From NCBI GenBank assembly GCA_963815195.1, contig CAWFGE010000012.1, positions 800,001 through 864,000 on the forward strand: a stretch of DNA of 64,000 nt, in the 5' to 3' direction. The position numbers and the translations under genes were made by a program. Below are positions 44,201 through 52,921 of this stretch, piece after piece; the first letter of the stretch is position 1; each line of letters begins with the position of its first letter. The notes beneath the pieces are model-generated. The model worked only from the letters and a program-made list of their open reading frames with translations. It was not told the origin of the DNA and made no database searches. This DNA comes from an uncultured Planctomycetaceae bacterium (GTDB taxonomy: Bacteria; Planctomycetota; Planctomycetia; Planctomycetales; Planctomycetaceae).

Positions 44201-44898
44201 CCCGGAGCCAAAACCGCGAACAACGTGAGGAACTGCGTGCCCAACAGCAGGATCGGAAAGAACCCAAAAATCCGCGGCAGCCGATGTTCTTCGCCCAGCC
44301 AAAACACGTGCCGGCTGACTTTGATCGTCCCCGCCGCGAACACGGCCCAGAGAATCAAGGCGGCGGGGATCGCGAATGTGCTGGGGAGGTCCGGGACAAT
44401 GGCTCCCGCGAGGCTCAGGGCCAGATAGCTCGCGAGAAACGTGGGCTGATCCTGCCGGAGAAAATGCCGGAGGATCCGCCGCCCCGCGACCGCCGCGAAT
44501 GCCGTGTTCGCGATAAGCAATCCCACGATGCCCGCGAGATGGCCCATGCCGCCGCCGTGCACCGCGCGGACGGCGAAAAACGAGATGGGAATCAACAGCA
44601 CCGTCATCGCCCACAGGCTCGTGCCGGTCCGCCGGAGTCCCAACTGCCGATAGGCGATTTCCCCCACCACGTACAAAAGCGAGGTGTAGCCCATCACCAC
44701 AAGGGATTTCCAAAGAGGCGTGTAGTCCTGCCAATGGCTGGTGACGAGCATCAAGGACGACGCCAGCAAAATCAGCCCGCCGAGCCCGAGCATCCACTTG
44801 ATGTTCTTTTCCTGGAGAAACGTGTCGAAAAAAAGCAGCCAACCGCTGCGGGGCGGCAGGTCGGCGGGCAATGGGGTTTCGGTCGAGTCAGCGTGCAT
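41272..44898 (-). CDS. Very large polytopic membrane protein (1208 aa), DUF2157-like N-terminus
   Basis: Almost continuous hydrophobic helices; FLQEKNIKWMLGLGGLILLASS; C-terminal WIAGIVVGLSVISLAAYCEKHRE. Confidence 0.85.
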   Translation of the reverse strand: MHADSTETPLPADLPPRSGWLLFFDTFLQEKNIKWMLGLGGLILLASSLMLVTSHWQDYTPLWKSLVVMGYTSLLYVVGEIAYRQLGLRRTGTSLWAMTVLLIPISFFAVRAVHGGGMGHLAGIVGLLIANTAFAAVAGRRILRHFLRQDQPTFLASYLALSLAGAIVPDLPSTFAIPAALILWAVFAAGTIKVSRHVFWLGEEHRLPRIFGFFPILLLGTQFLTLFAVLAPGVPLPWIGFGLVLTAVPVLMTADALADVFANRTGNLVRPLPWSLVIPLLVGMGLSIAGVVLSWLEFPHSPAAVPTALLAAAVFLQVARRTKHPGFVWAMWVGVVLCYQATPVFFQELARTVVHRGAAAVSESRLPIAFYGLTYLPLLIAATLVAVICRKRGQELFARPTQAFVMGVTAVLWAVSFTHIKAIFPVGLASLAMIGLQMLAFREPRLRFGLVAAWLTMSFGLTPFLEHVLHWAITPETSLFVMSLSAALLLLPDRFLRPAAPAGDDKLTSSHPYAIGDAASLLLTGMLCLVWTRQWSSFPADHLPWMSGACLCGLLLTHAYRWCQESLSILALLFAGLYAVLIARGLGVAEAAILSAGTLIAGALWIVSILLKRFAVGRVSKAFGSASERVSGGVLAVGLILFYLPRFGMAIVHPPAGFWWSSSLVSIAWAFDAARRLRSSFWTYVGCAGVLGLTAAAAVTFWTPSYDAYSWLPLIWAAVGLLAVPFVPRPLEWTWLVEVDETGEPVQKFRHYIAEPLGRCAMVLFVVLAVATLPVFLLQSRLAGLISLAGLFWLAGGWQNAALRHVALALGNWQLLCGLIQLAVPDVSSIFQLNQAALVALSLPLALGAAASRLVWNLPARRENDSLGEFVSFHRLMLLGVACFGLAMSFRLLPAGLNWAEVFFAAAVFQLLIADQIREALRNQDEAPVWTAEGIALAMVGYLLLFGVIRLGSGLSLYAVLVTGWAAWILGHLCANRETWNVLSRPLLSTGYVLPAVTVGLGIVRHVAVEHSLWLGMNSLALLLASGFYFWRGIEEQRKSWLLAAAGILNVALVLLWRELDWHDPQLFAIPLGISILALVQLLKEEIPEKAHDPLRYLGALVILVSPVFHIVGGSWLHLVTLMVASVAVTLTAMGLRIRALMYTGTGFLVGDLLAMVVRGSIDNPTLLWIAGIVVGLSVISLAAYCEKHREEVLQRLRLLAAKLETWE

Positions 44899-44946
44899 GG
44901 GCAGCTCCCAGGTCTTCCAATGGCGATGTTTTCGAATGGCTGTTTC

Positions 44947-44979
44947 TTATGGGGGCGCGAACGCGAAACCGCGTGTCAC
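44947..44979 (-). promoter_or_regulatory. Putative ECF-type bipartite promoter or operator motif upstream of the membrane protein-pspA operon
   Basis: The minus strand reads GTGACACG-N15-GCCCCCATAA, 49 nt upstream of ATG 44898. Confidence 0.4.
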
Positions 44980-45094
44980 GCCGTTTTTCGGCAGATTTCC
45001 CAAAAAATGGAATTTTCCGGCCGGCCATTTCTCCGGAAGTCTTCTTAAAACCCGTGAATTTCGGCCGGGAACCCGGTATCATCGGGAAAGTTTG

Positions 45095-46333
45095 ATGAGA
45101 ATCCGCAAACCCCTCGGGAGGCGACAGATGGCTCGCATGTTGTGGACGACTTGTGTTCTGGCGCTAATCAGTGCGGGACGTCTTCAAGCGGAGAACTTCC
45201 CCGCCTTTCGGCACCAGGTGATCGATCCCTACTGCGGCGACATCTGTTACGCCGTGACCCTGGCCGATGTGGACGGCGACAAGCGGCAGGACATCGTCGC
45301 CGTCACCGAGAACCGCGTGCTTTGGTATCAGGCCCCGGATTGGAAAAAGCGGATCATCATCGAGAACCAAACCACGCGGGACAACGTCTGCATCGCCCCT
45401 TACGACATCGACGGCGACGGGAAAATCGACTTCGCCTTGGGGTCCGGCTGGACAAAGGTCGGCACGATTCAATGGCTCTCGCGCGGCGAATCGTTGGACG
45501 ACAAATGGAACGTGCATTTCATCGGCGAAGAGCGCTGGCTGCACCGCATGCGGTTCGGAGATGTCCAAGGCCTAGGCAAGCCGCAGTTGGTCGTCTCTCC
45601 GCTCAATGCCACAGAGGGCAAAGGCGTGCGGCTGACCGCGTTCGCCATCCCCAAAAATCCCCAAAAGGACGCCTGGCCCCGCATGGTGTTGGATTCCAAA
45701 CTCAACCGCATGCACAACCACTGGCACGCCGATTTGGACGACGACGGCAGCACCGATACCTTCACCGCCAGCCAGGAGGGCGTGTTTTGGATCCGGCGGA
45801 ACGGCAAAGGGTTCCAAAAGACCAAGATCGGGTCCGGCATGGACCAACCAAACGCCAGCGGAGCGGGGGAAGTCAAAATCGGCCGCCTGAAATCCGGCCG
45901 GCGGTTCCTGGCAACGGTCGAACCCATGCACGGCACGAGCCTCGTGATTTACCTGGAACCTAAAGCCGGCGGCCTCCGCCAGGAATGGAGCCGGCAGGTG
46001 CTCGACGGCACGCTCAACCGCGGGCACGCCCTGTGGACGGCCGACCTGGACGGCGACCAATGCGACGAAATCGTCATCGGGCACAGCGACAAAGGCACGG
46101 GAGAAGTCCAGGGTCCGGGCGTGTATGTGTTTGATTGCGAGGACGCCCAGGCCTCGAAATGGAAGAAGCACATCATTGACGATGGAGGCGTCGCCACGGA
46201 AGACGCGATCGCGGCGGACCTCACGGGCGACGGCCGCATCGACATCGTCGCCGGCGGCCGGGCCACGCACAACATTAAGCTCTACATCAACCTGGGCCCC
46301 GCGACGTCTGCGAAGCGAGCCCCCACACGATAA
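45095..46333 (+). CDS. Secreted FG-GAP/VCBS-repeat beta-propeller protein (aldos-2-ulose dehydratase propeller-like)
   Basis: Signal peptide; DVDGDKRQDI, DIDGDGKIDF, DLDGDQCDEI, DLTGDGRIDI; LHRMRF, VEPMHG, RGHAL. Confidence 0.82.
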   Translation: MRIRKPLGRRQMARMLWTTCVLALISAGRLQAENFPAFRHQVIDPYCGDICYAVTLADVDGDKRQDIVAVTENRVLWYQAPDWKKRIIIENQTTRDNVCIAPYDIDGDGKIDFALGSGWTKVGTIQWLSRGESLDDKWNVHFIGEERWLHRMRFGDVQGLGKPQLVVSPLNATEGKGVRLTAFAIPKNPQKDAWPRMVLDSKLNRMHNHWHADLDDDGSTDTFTASQEGVFWIRRNGKGFQKTKIGSGMDQPNASGAGEVKIGRLKSGRRFLATVEPMHGTSLVIYLEPKAGGLRQEWSRQVLDGTLNRGHALWTADLDGDQCDEIVIGHSDKGTGEVQGPGVYVFDCEDAQASKWKKHIIDDGGVATEDAIAADLTGDGRIDIVAGGRATHNIKLYINLGPATSAKRAPTR

Positions 46334-46380
46334 GGATCGCCAAGAATATAATTTCAGGATTTGGGATCACCAGGCGAGCG

Positions 46381-46396
46381 GGGGGCGTAAGCCCCC
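46381..46396. repeat. REP-like hairpin GGGGGC-GTAA-GCCCCC
   Basis: Perfect 6-bp GC stem downstream of the FG-GAP gene, followed by TGGTTTTGTT. Confidence 0.5.
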
Positions 46397-46658
46397 TGGT
46401 TTTGTTAAATGGTTCAAAAACTGAAGTTGTTTTCTTGGCGCTCCTGAGGGAGTGAGGATAGAGAATAGAGCATAGATTTCTTCCGCCACCCTCCATCCTC
46501 ACTTCCATCGCATCTTAGACTCAGACTTTTTGTCGAAGCCGCCGGGTTCGATGGCAAGGTGCGCTGGAATTCTGACACCCGACGTGTTATGAAATGCCCG
46601 TCGTTTCCGACAAATCGCATTTGTCCAACTGGGTTATTTGGAAAGGGAGAACACAACC

Positions 46659-47156
46659 ATGTCGTTTCATGTCGGAGAAGCCCTCGCGGGCGAAGGCAAC
46701 GAAGTCGCTCACATCGATCTCATCGTTGGCGAGAAAAACGGACCGGCCGGAATGGCGTTCGCGAACGCGTTGGCCAACCAAAGCAAAGGGCACAGCAATC
46801 TGCTCGCCGTCTTGAAAGAAAATCTCGCCGTCAAACCCTCCACGGTGATGATTACCAAAGTTTCCATCGAGGGGGCCAAACAAGCCGTGCAAATGTTTGG
46901 TCCGGCTCAATTTGCGGTGGCGAAAGCCGTTGCCGACGCTGTTGCGGAAGGCATCATTCCCAAGGATCAAACCGACAAACTGTGCATCGTCTGCGGCGTA
47001 TTCATCCACTGGGAAGCGGAAGACAATAAGAAAATCTACGACTACAACTACGAAGCCACGAAAACGGCCCTCGCCCGCGCCATGAAGGATGAACCCACGG
47101 TTGATGAAGTCACCTCTCAAAAAGACACCGTCAAACATCCGTTCGCCGGCTTTTAG
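46659..47156 (+). CDS. fae: Formaldehyde-activating enzyme
   Basis: GEALAGEGNEVAHIDLIVG, KPSTVMITKV, MFGPAQFAVAKAVAD, GVFIHWEA, YNYEATK. Confidence 0.96.
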   Translation: MSFHVGEALAGEGNEVAHIDLIVGEKNGPAGMAFANALANQSKGHSNLLAVLKENLAVKPSTVMITKVSIEGAKQAVQMFGPAQFAVAKAVADAVAEGIIPKDQTDKLCIVCGVFIHWEAEDNKKIYDYNYEATKTALARAMKDEPTVDEVTSQKDTVKHPFAGF

Positions 47157-47231
47157 AGATTGATCCGCCGTCCGCGGTCGGGCGTCAGTCGAGGCAACGG
47201 ACCGCGGACCAGTTTTTCAACTGACCAACCC

Positions 47232-48097
47232 ATGAAAAAAATCCTGATTCAACTCGACACCGATTCGCTGCCCAGCACGTTTGATCGCGTGGTGGCGGTG
47301 GATGCGGGGGTGGATCAGGTCTTCAGCTACGGCGGCGTCACGCCCGAGAATGTGGAACCCTTGATCCACGGCGGGATGTTCACACGGGGGCCTAAGGACC
47401 TCAAATCGACGGCGGTGTTCATCGGCGGGAGCCAGGTCTCCAAGGGCGAAGAGCTTTTCCAGCGGGTCTCCAGGGTGTTCTTCGGCCCGATGCGGTTGTC
47501 GGTGATGGTGGACTCCAACGGCTCCAACACGACCGCCGCCGCCGCCGTGCTCGCCGCCCGCAAACATCTGGATTTCGCCGGCCAGCATGCTCTGGTGCTC
47601 GGCGGGACCGGGCCGGTCGGGATGCGGGTGGCTCAACTTTTGACGCAGAGCGGCGCGCAGGTCAACCTGGCATCGCGAACGCTGGACCGCGCCGTAAAAC
47701 CTGCGAAGCCATCAAGAAAATCGTGCCCGACGCGAACCTTACGCCCTGCGAAACACAGACCGAAGTCGGCAAACGCATCGCCACCAAGAACGTGTCGCTG
47801 ATCATCGCCGCCGGGGCCGCGGGGATGGAGCTGTTGAGCGAAGAGGATTTGAAGCTTGCCGACAATGTAAAAGTCGCGATCGACTTGAACGCCGTGCCCC
47901 CGGCGGGCTTGGATAGCGTGGAGATCACCGACGAAGCCGTCGAGCGCCACGGCATCCTCTGTTACGGAGCCATCGGCGTGGGCGGGATGAAGATGAAAAT
48001 CCACAAAGCCGCCCTCCAAAGCCTGTTCGAAGCCAACGACCGAGTCCTCGACACCGAAGCCCTGTTCCGCTTGGGCGAAGATTTGTTTGCCGATTGA
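47232..48097 (+). CDS. mtdC: Methylene-tetrahydromethanopterin dehydrogenase (MtdC/MtdA-like); apparent 1-nt deletion at 47696-47699
   Basis: PSTFDRVVAVDAG, FTRGPKDL, DSNGSNTTAAAAV, GGTGPVG. The C-terminal IDLNAVPPAG and YGAIGVGGMKMKIH are in the adjacent frame. The C subtype is inferred from lineage. Confidence 0.88.
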
Positions 48098-48301
48098 CGA
48101 TCCGCGACAATGTGGATTTTGGTGAGCGGCCGGTTTTGGGAATCGCGAAACAACCACACAAATTACCGGCGGCTAGCGCCGTGCCGCTCAAGGATTTCTA
48201 GCGGGATTGCCCGCGGAGGCGAAGCGCGATAGGATCCATTTGACGGTGGAACACCACTTTGCCGATTGGCTCGCGCGTTTTATCCTTGAGGAACACATCG
48301 C

Positions 48302-48937
48302 ATGGCGGCGGATGATGCCACGATCATGCAGGCGGTTCAGCAGGGGGACTTCGACCAGTTCGATGTCCTCGTGGAGCGGTATCGTCTGCCTTTGATTCGC
48401 GTGGCGGTCAGCAAATTGGGCGATGCGGCCTGGGCCGAGGACGTGGTGCAAGAGACCTTCCTCGCCGTGTTCGCCGCCCGGCGGACGTACAATCCGGAAT
48501 TTGCCTTCCGCACCTGGCTGTGGACGATCCTGCTCAACCTCTGCCGGCGCGAACTCAAAAAACACCGCCGGCGGCCCCGGCAGGTCGCTGATTCCCAATG
48601 GCCTCCGGGTTCGCCAGCCCGGATTTCGAACGAACCGGTGGAACAGGAAACCGGACTGAGCCGTCTGCTTCAACTGGAACGCCGCGAGCAACTCAATCTG
48701 CTGCTGGGCGAACTTCCCGAACCGCAAGGCGACGCCCTGCGGCTGCGATTTTTCGGCGGGCTGAAGTTTTCCGAAATCGCCGACGCGATGAATTCCAGCG
48801 TCAGCGGAGCGAAACGCCGCGTGCAGAACGGATTGTTCGCGTTGGCCGAAAAACTCAAACACGACGATGAACACCTGGAACAAACCCGGCAAGAAGCCTT
48901 TCCCTCCGGAACCCGACAGCAAGGGGAACCGAAATGA
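48302..48937 (+). CDS. ECF-family RNA polymerase sigma factor
   Basis: Region 2: AEDVVQETFL...FRTWLWTILLNLCR. Region 4: LRFFGGLKFSEIADAMNSSVSGAKRRV. Confidence 0.93.
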   Translation: MAADDATIMQAVQQGDFDQFDVLVERYRLPLIRVAVSKLGDAAWAEDVVQETFLAVFAARRTYNPEFAFRTWLWTILLNLCRRELKKHRRRPRQVADSQWPPGSPARISNEPVEQETGLSRLLQLERREQLNLLLGELPEPQGDALRLRFFGGLKFSEIADAMNSSVSGAKRRVQNGLFALAEKLKHDDEHLEQTRQEAFPSGTRQQGEPK

Positions 48938-49506
48938 ACTGCGACGAAGCGTTTGATGCATTGACCAATGCGGATCAAATGAACAACCTGGCGTTGAAAT
49001 GGCATTTGGAGTTTTGCCCCCGCTGCCGGGAGATGCAAAACGTCCTGGCCCCGGCTTTGGGATTGTTGGCCGAGGAGATTCAAGAACGCCGCTCGCAGAG
49101 TTCCAACCGCCTGGCGGAGTTCTTGGGCGAGAGCGATTCCGCGTCCGCGCGTCCGTCGAGCGGTCGGGGCACCGCGGCCGTTCCGTTTCTCACGCCGGAA
49201 GCGGTGCAAGTCGCCGAAGAAACCGCGCAGAAATTGCATTCGCCCCGCCGGACGTTTCGATCGGGTTGGGTGCGGTTTGCCGCGGCGGCGGCGGTTTGCC
49301 TGCTCGCCGCGTTTGGCGTATCTTCCGCATTGGCCCCGGCTGACTCGAGTTCGCCGGCTCCACAAACCGAACCGCTGCGGTTGGCCGACCGATGCTTATG
49401 GACGGAGCGAGAGGCCCACCCCGCCCCGCCCTCCGCCGAGCCCTCCTCGTCGCGGTGGGTCGTCCTCTCCTGCGTCTCTTGCCATCTCGAACATTCCCTG
49501 GATTGA
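48934..49506 (+). CDS. Putative zinc-binding anti-sigma factor with one TM helix and a C-terminal CxxCH motif
   Basis: ATGA overlap with the sigma gene; MNC...HLEFCPRC; TM FAAAAAVCLLAAFGVSSAL; terminal CVSCH. Confidence 0.85.
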   Translation: MNCDEAFDALTNADQMNNLALKWHLEFCPRCREMQNVLAPALGLLAEEIQERRSQSSNRLAEFLGESDSASARPSSGRGTAAVPFLTPEAVQVAEETAQKLHSPRRTFRSGWVRFAAAAAVCLLAAFGVSSALAPADSSSPAPQTEPLRLADRCLWTEREAHPAPPSAEPSSSRWVVLSCVSCHLEHSLD

Positions 49507-49866
49507 CTGTCTTCCACGAACAGCCGAGTTCGTCGATGCTTAAACTCCTCTTGCGGCGAATCTTCTGATCGGATATTTCTACCCGGCTTGGCGGGACCGC
49601 CCGCGCAAAGGCGCGGGATCCAGTCCCAATCCGTTTGAAAACTTCCCCGATCTGCGGTCGCTCTCCTCAATCGATGTCATTGTCGCTGTTCGGGTCTGAC
49701 ACGTCTCCTTTCAGAATCCACACATTTCCCCATCGATCAAAACCCAATCCAGCATGGCGGGGAAGCGCCGTTTCCGGCCATGTCAGGGAGATTTTGTCAT
49801 TTCCCAATGCGCGAAACATACTGGTGCGAAACGAACTCCTGGTCAACTCAGCGGGATCTGCGAGCT

Positions 49867-52689
49867 ATGACTGGCGTTAGCCAAAACACCCGAACCGAGC
49901 GGCCGCCGATGCCGCATCGCTCAGGCGGCCGCGCACGATTTGCGGTTTGGGTGCTGTTGGGCGTTTGCCTGTTGCTGTCGGACCTGGGGCTTTCCGCAGC
50001 GCGAGCTCAAAACGGCCTGGCGGACCGGTTGGCCCCGCCGCCCGGTCCCTTGCCCGATGGGCCGCGCCGGCCGCTGGAAGAGCCGCTGCCCGCGCCCGCC
50101 ACGCTCAGCGAGCCGTTGGTCGATGTGCGCGTGGAAGGCAACCCGACGATCCCCGCGAGCGCCATCGCCAAGTACATCAAAACCCGCTCCGGCCGGCCGG
50201 CCGACCGCAATCAGATTCGCGAAGACGTCCGCAGCCTGTACGGCACGCGGTGGTTTCTCAGCGTGGAACCCCGCTACCGCCAAACCGATGCCGGGCTGGT
50301 GCTGATCTTCAAAGTCATCGAGCGGCCGATCGTCCAGAAGGTCGAATACCAAGGCAACAACTCGATCAAAACGAAGCACCTCGACGCGATCACCGGCCTC
50401 AAGCGGGGCAGCCCGTTCGATGTCTCGGCGAACCGCGAAGCGGCCCAGGCCATCGAAAAGCATTACCACGAAAAAGGCTTCGCCTTTGCCACGGTCAAAC
50501 TGGCCAAAGGCGGCTCCCGCCAGGACCGCGAAGTCGTGTTCGACATCAAGGAAGGCCCGAAGGTCAAGGTGACGCGGGTGAAGTTTCAAGGGAACGAAGA
50601 CTTCAGCGGGCCGCTGCTCAAGACGAAGCTCCGCACGAAGACGGCGATCTTGTGGGTCTTCGGCGGCAAGTACGATCCGAGCACGTTTCAGGACGACATC
50701 ACGGCCCTCAAACAGTATTACCACAGCCTGGGCTATTTTGATGTGCAGATTAAAGAGAACGTGAGCTTCAACGAGGTGAACTGGGTGCCGTTCTCCAAAC
50801 AGCAATCCCACGCCACCGTGGAATACACGATCGACGAAGGCGTGCGCTACAAGGTGCGGAATATCGATGTTTACGGCGCGCGGGCGATTCCGGAAGACGC
50901 GCTGCGGGCGGACATGGGCCTCAAACAAGGCGAGCATTTCAACGGCCGGTATCTCACCCAGGATATGGAAAACATCAAAGACAAGTACGGCGAACTGGGC
51001 CGGCTGTTTGCCACGGTGGACGCCGTGCCTCGCTTCCTCGAAGAGCCCGGCGTCTGCGACGTGGTCTATCAGATCGATGAAGACAAGATTTACGAATACC
51101 GCCGAATCGATGTGCAGTTCCGGGGCGACCTTCCGCGCACCAAGCGGACCGTGGTGCTCAACCGGATTTTGACCCGGCCCGGGGAACTCGCGAACGCCCG
51201 AGACATCGAAAAGAGCAAAATCCGGCTGGCGGGCTCGCAGTTCTTCGAGCGGGGACCAGGGCCCCAAGCGCCCGCCGTGAAGCTGGTTCGCGTGGGCGAG
51301 GACGCCGCGCCGAGCATGCGCGGTCAAAGCGACGATTCGGCCCCCCGCGCGCCGTTCGGCATGACCCCCGTGGCCCGGCCGCCCTCGACGAACTCGAAAC
51401 CCGCACCGCAACCGAAGAGCCGATTTAACGTCCCGCACTGGAGCAAGCTGGTCGAACCCGAAGAGCGGGCCAAGTTTCCCGATGTGATCGATGTGCTCCA
51501 GGAAGCCGACCCCGAAGACGAGGTGACCATCCGCGGGCAAAGTTTCGGGCCGCCGATTTACGGCCCGCAGAATCCGCTGTTCGACATCAGTCCCAACCCG
51601 GATCCGCTGTCGAATCCCAAGGGCCAGGTGGACGTGATTTACCAGCTCACCGAAGCCCGGACCGGGCGGCTGATGTTCGGGGCGGGCTACAACAGCAGCG
51701 CGGGCGTGGTCGGCTCGATCGTCTTGAGCGAGCAAAACTTCGACCTGTTCCGCTACCCGCGGAGTTTTCAGGACATCGTCGACGGCACCGCGTTCCGCGG
51801 CGGCGGGCAGCAGTTCCGCTTGGAAGCCATTCCGGGCAATCAACTCAGCCGATATACGATCAACTGGACCGACCCCTATTTTCTCGATACGAATTGGAGC
51901 CTGGGCACGAGCGGGTTTTACTATCAACGTTACTTCCAGAATTGGACCGAACACCGGGAAGGCGGCCGCGTCAGCGTTGGCCGGCAGCTCAATCCGTTCT
52001 GGTCCGTCTCCAGTGCCTTGCGGTTGGAGAACGTCAACCTGCAAGACCCCACGGTCCCCACGCCTCAAATCCTCCAGGACTCGTTAGGCGACAACTTCTT
52101 GTCCACAGTTCGCCTTTCCGTCGTGAACGACACCCGCGATTCGGGCTTTTTGCCCGGCGAAGGGCACCGGATCTCCGCCGCTTACGAGCAGGCGTTCGGA
52201 CAGTTCCATTTCCCCCGCGTGGATTTGGATGCCTCGCAATACTTCACACTCTATCGCCGGCCGGACGGCGGCGGGCGGCATATTCTGTCGGTCAACGGCC
52301 AGGCGGGATTGACCGGCAACGACACACCCATTTTTGAACGCTACTTCGCCGGCGGCTTTCAAACCTTCCGCGGGTTTGCCTACCGCGGCCTGGGACCGGC
52401 GCAACTCGGCGTGCGGACCGGGGGCAAGTTCCTCGCCACCGGCTCGGTCCAATACATGTTCCCGATGCTCGTCAACGAATCTGTCCTCGGCGTGGTATTT
52501 ACCGACTTCGGGACCGTGCAGAACGATGTCGCCTTCGACCAGTTCCGCATGTCGGTGGGGGCGGGGCTGCGGGTCAGCGTCCCCGCGTTGGGTCCCGTGC
52601 CCTTGGCCTTCGACTGGGCCTATCCCATCCTCATCCAAGACACCGACCAACGCCGCATCTTCAGCTTCTACGTCGGCCTGAACCGCTAA
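49867..52689 (+). CDS. bamA: BamA/Omp85 outer membrane protein assembly factor
   Basis: Signal peptide; POTRA repeats (VRVEGN, VEYQGN, VKFQGN, IDEGVRY); barrel WTDPYF, FAGGFQTFRGF, FTDFG, GAGLR. The start could be 49909. Confidence 0.9.
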   Translation: MTGVSQNTRTERPPMPHRSGGRARFAVWVLLGVCLLLSDLGLSAARAQNGLADRLAPPPGPLPDGPRRPLEEPLPAPATLSEPLVDVRVEGNPTIPASAIAKYIKTRSGRPADRNQIREDVRSLYGTRWFLSVEPRYRQTDAGLVLIFKVIERPIVQKVEYQGNNSIKTKHLDAITGLKRGSPFDVSANREAAQAIEKHYHEKGFAFATVKLAKGGSRQDREVVFDIKEGPKVKVTRVKFQGNEDFSGPLLKTKLRTKTAILWVFGGKYDPSTFQDDITALKQYYHSLGYFDVQIKENVSFNEVNWVPFSKQQSHATVEYTIDEGVRYKVRNIDVYGARAIPEDALRADMGLKQGEHFNGRYLTQDMENIKDKYGELGRLFATVDAVPRFLEEPGVCDVVYQIDEDKIYEYRRIDVQFRGDLPRTKRTVVLNRILTRPGELANARDIEKSKIRLAGSQFFERGPGPQAPAVKLVRVGEDAAPSMRGQSDDSAPRAPFGMTPVARPPSTNSKPAPQPKSRFNVPHWSKLVEPEERAKFPDVIDVLQEADPEDEVTIRGQSFGPPIYGPQNPLFDISPNPDPLSNPKGQVDVIYQLTEARTGRLMFGAGYNSSAGVVGSIVLSEQNFDLFRYPRSFQDIVDGTAFRGGGQQFRLEAIPGNQLSRYTINWTDPYFLDTNWSLGTSGFYYQRYFQNWTEHREGGRVSVGRQLNPFWSVSSALRLENVNLQDPTVPTPQILQDSLGDNFLSTVRLSVVNDTRDSGFLPGEGHRISAAYEQAFGQFHFPRVDLDASQYFTLYRRPDGGGRHILSVNGQAGLTGNDTPIFERYFAGGFQTFRGFAYRGLGPAQLGVRTGGKFLATGSVQYMFPMLVNESVLGVVFTDFGTVQNDVAFDQFRMSVGAGLRVSVPALGPVPLAFDWAYPILIQDTDQRRIFSFYVGLNR

Positions 52690-52921
52690 GTGGAATGATT
52701 CATCAGCCGCCGGGCTTGCTGCGTCAAACCAAAAACTTGGGGGTTGAAGAAACTCGCCGCCGGGGGCACCGCCCGCAGGGTGGTCCGCCCCGGTTCTTCT
52801 TCGGCTTCACCGAATTAGCCGCAGGGCGCTAGCCTGGGCTGTTAAAATATTGGTATTGAAGTCTAAAAACGCGGGTTCTGGCTTGCGCCACCTGTGTTCT
52901 CGTTTCTTTTTGGAATGCATT

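Noticed and set aside
17375..48097. gnd, phosphohexomutase and mtd as pseudogenes or programmed frameshifts
   Set aside because: Each has a single indel, the motifs are intact, and no common slippery motif is evident; sequencing error is more parsimonious.
49921..52068. Long antisense or off-frame ORFs (also 25435..27141, 8045..9856, 12464..13966, 41192..42703, 43385..44842)
   Set aside because: They overlap well-supported genes, lack recognisable motifs, and are expected shadows in high-GC DNA.
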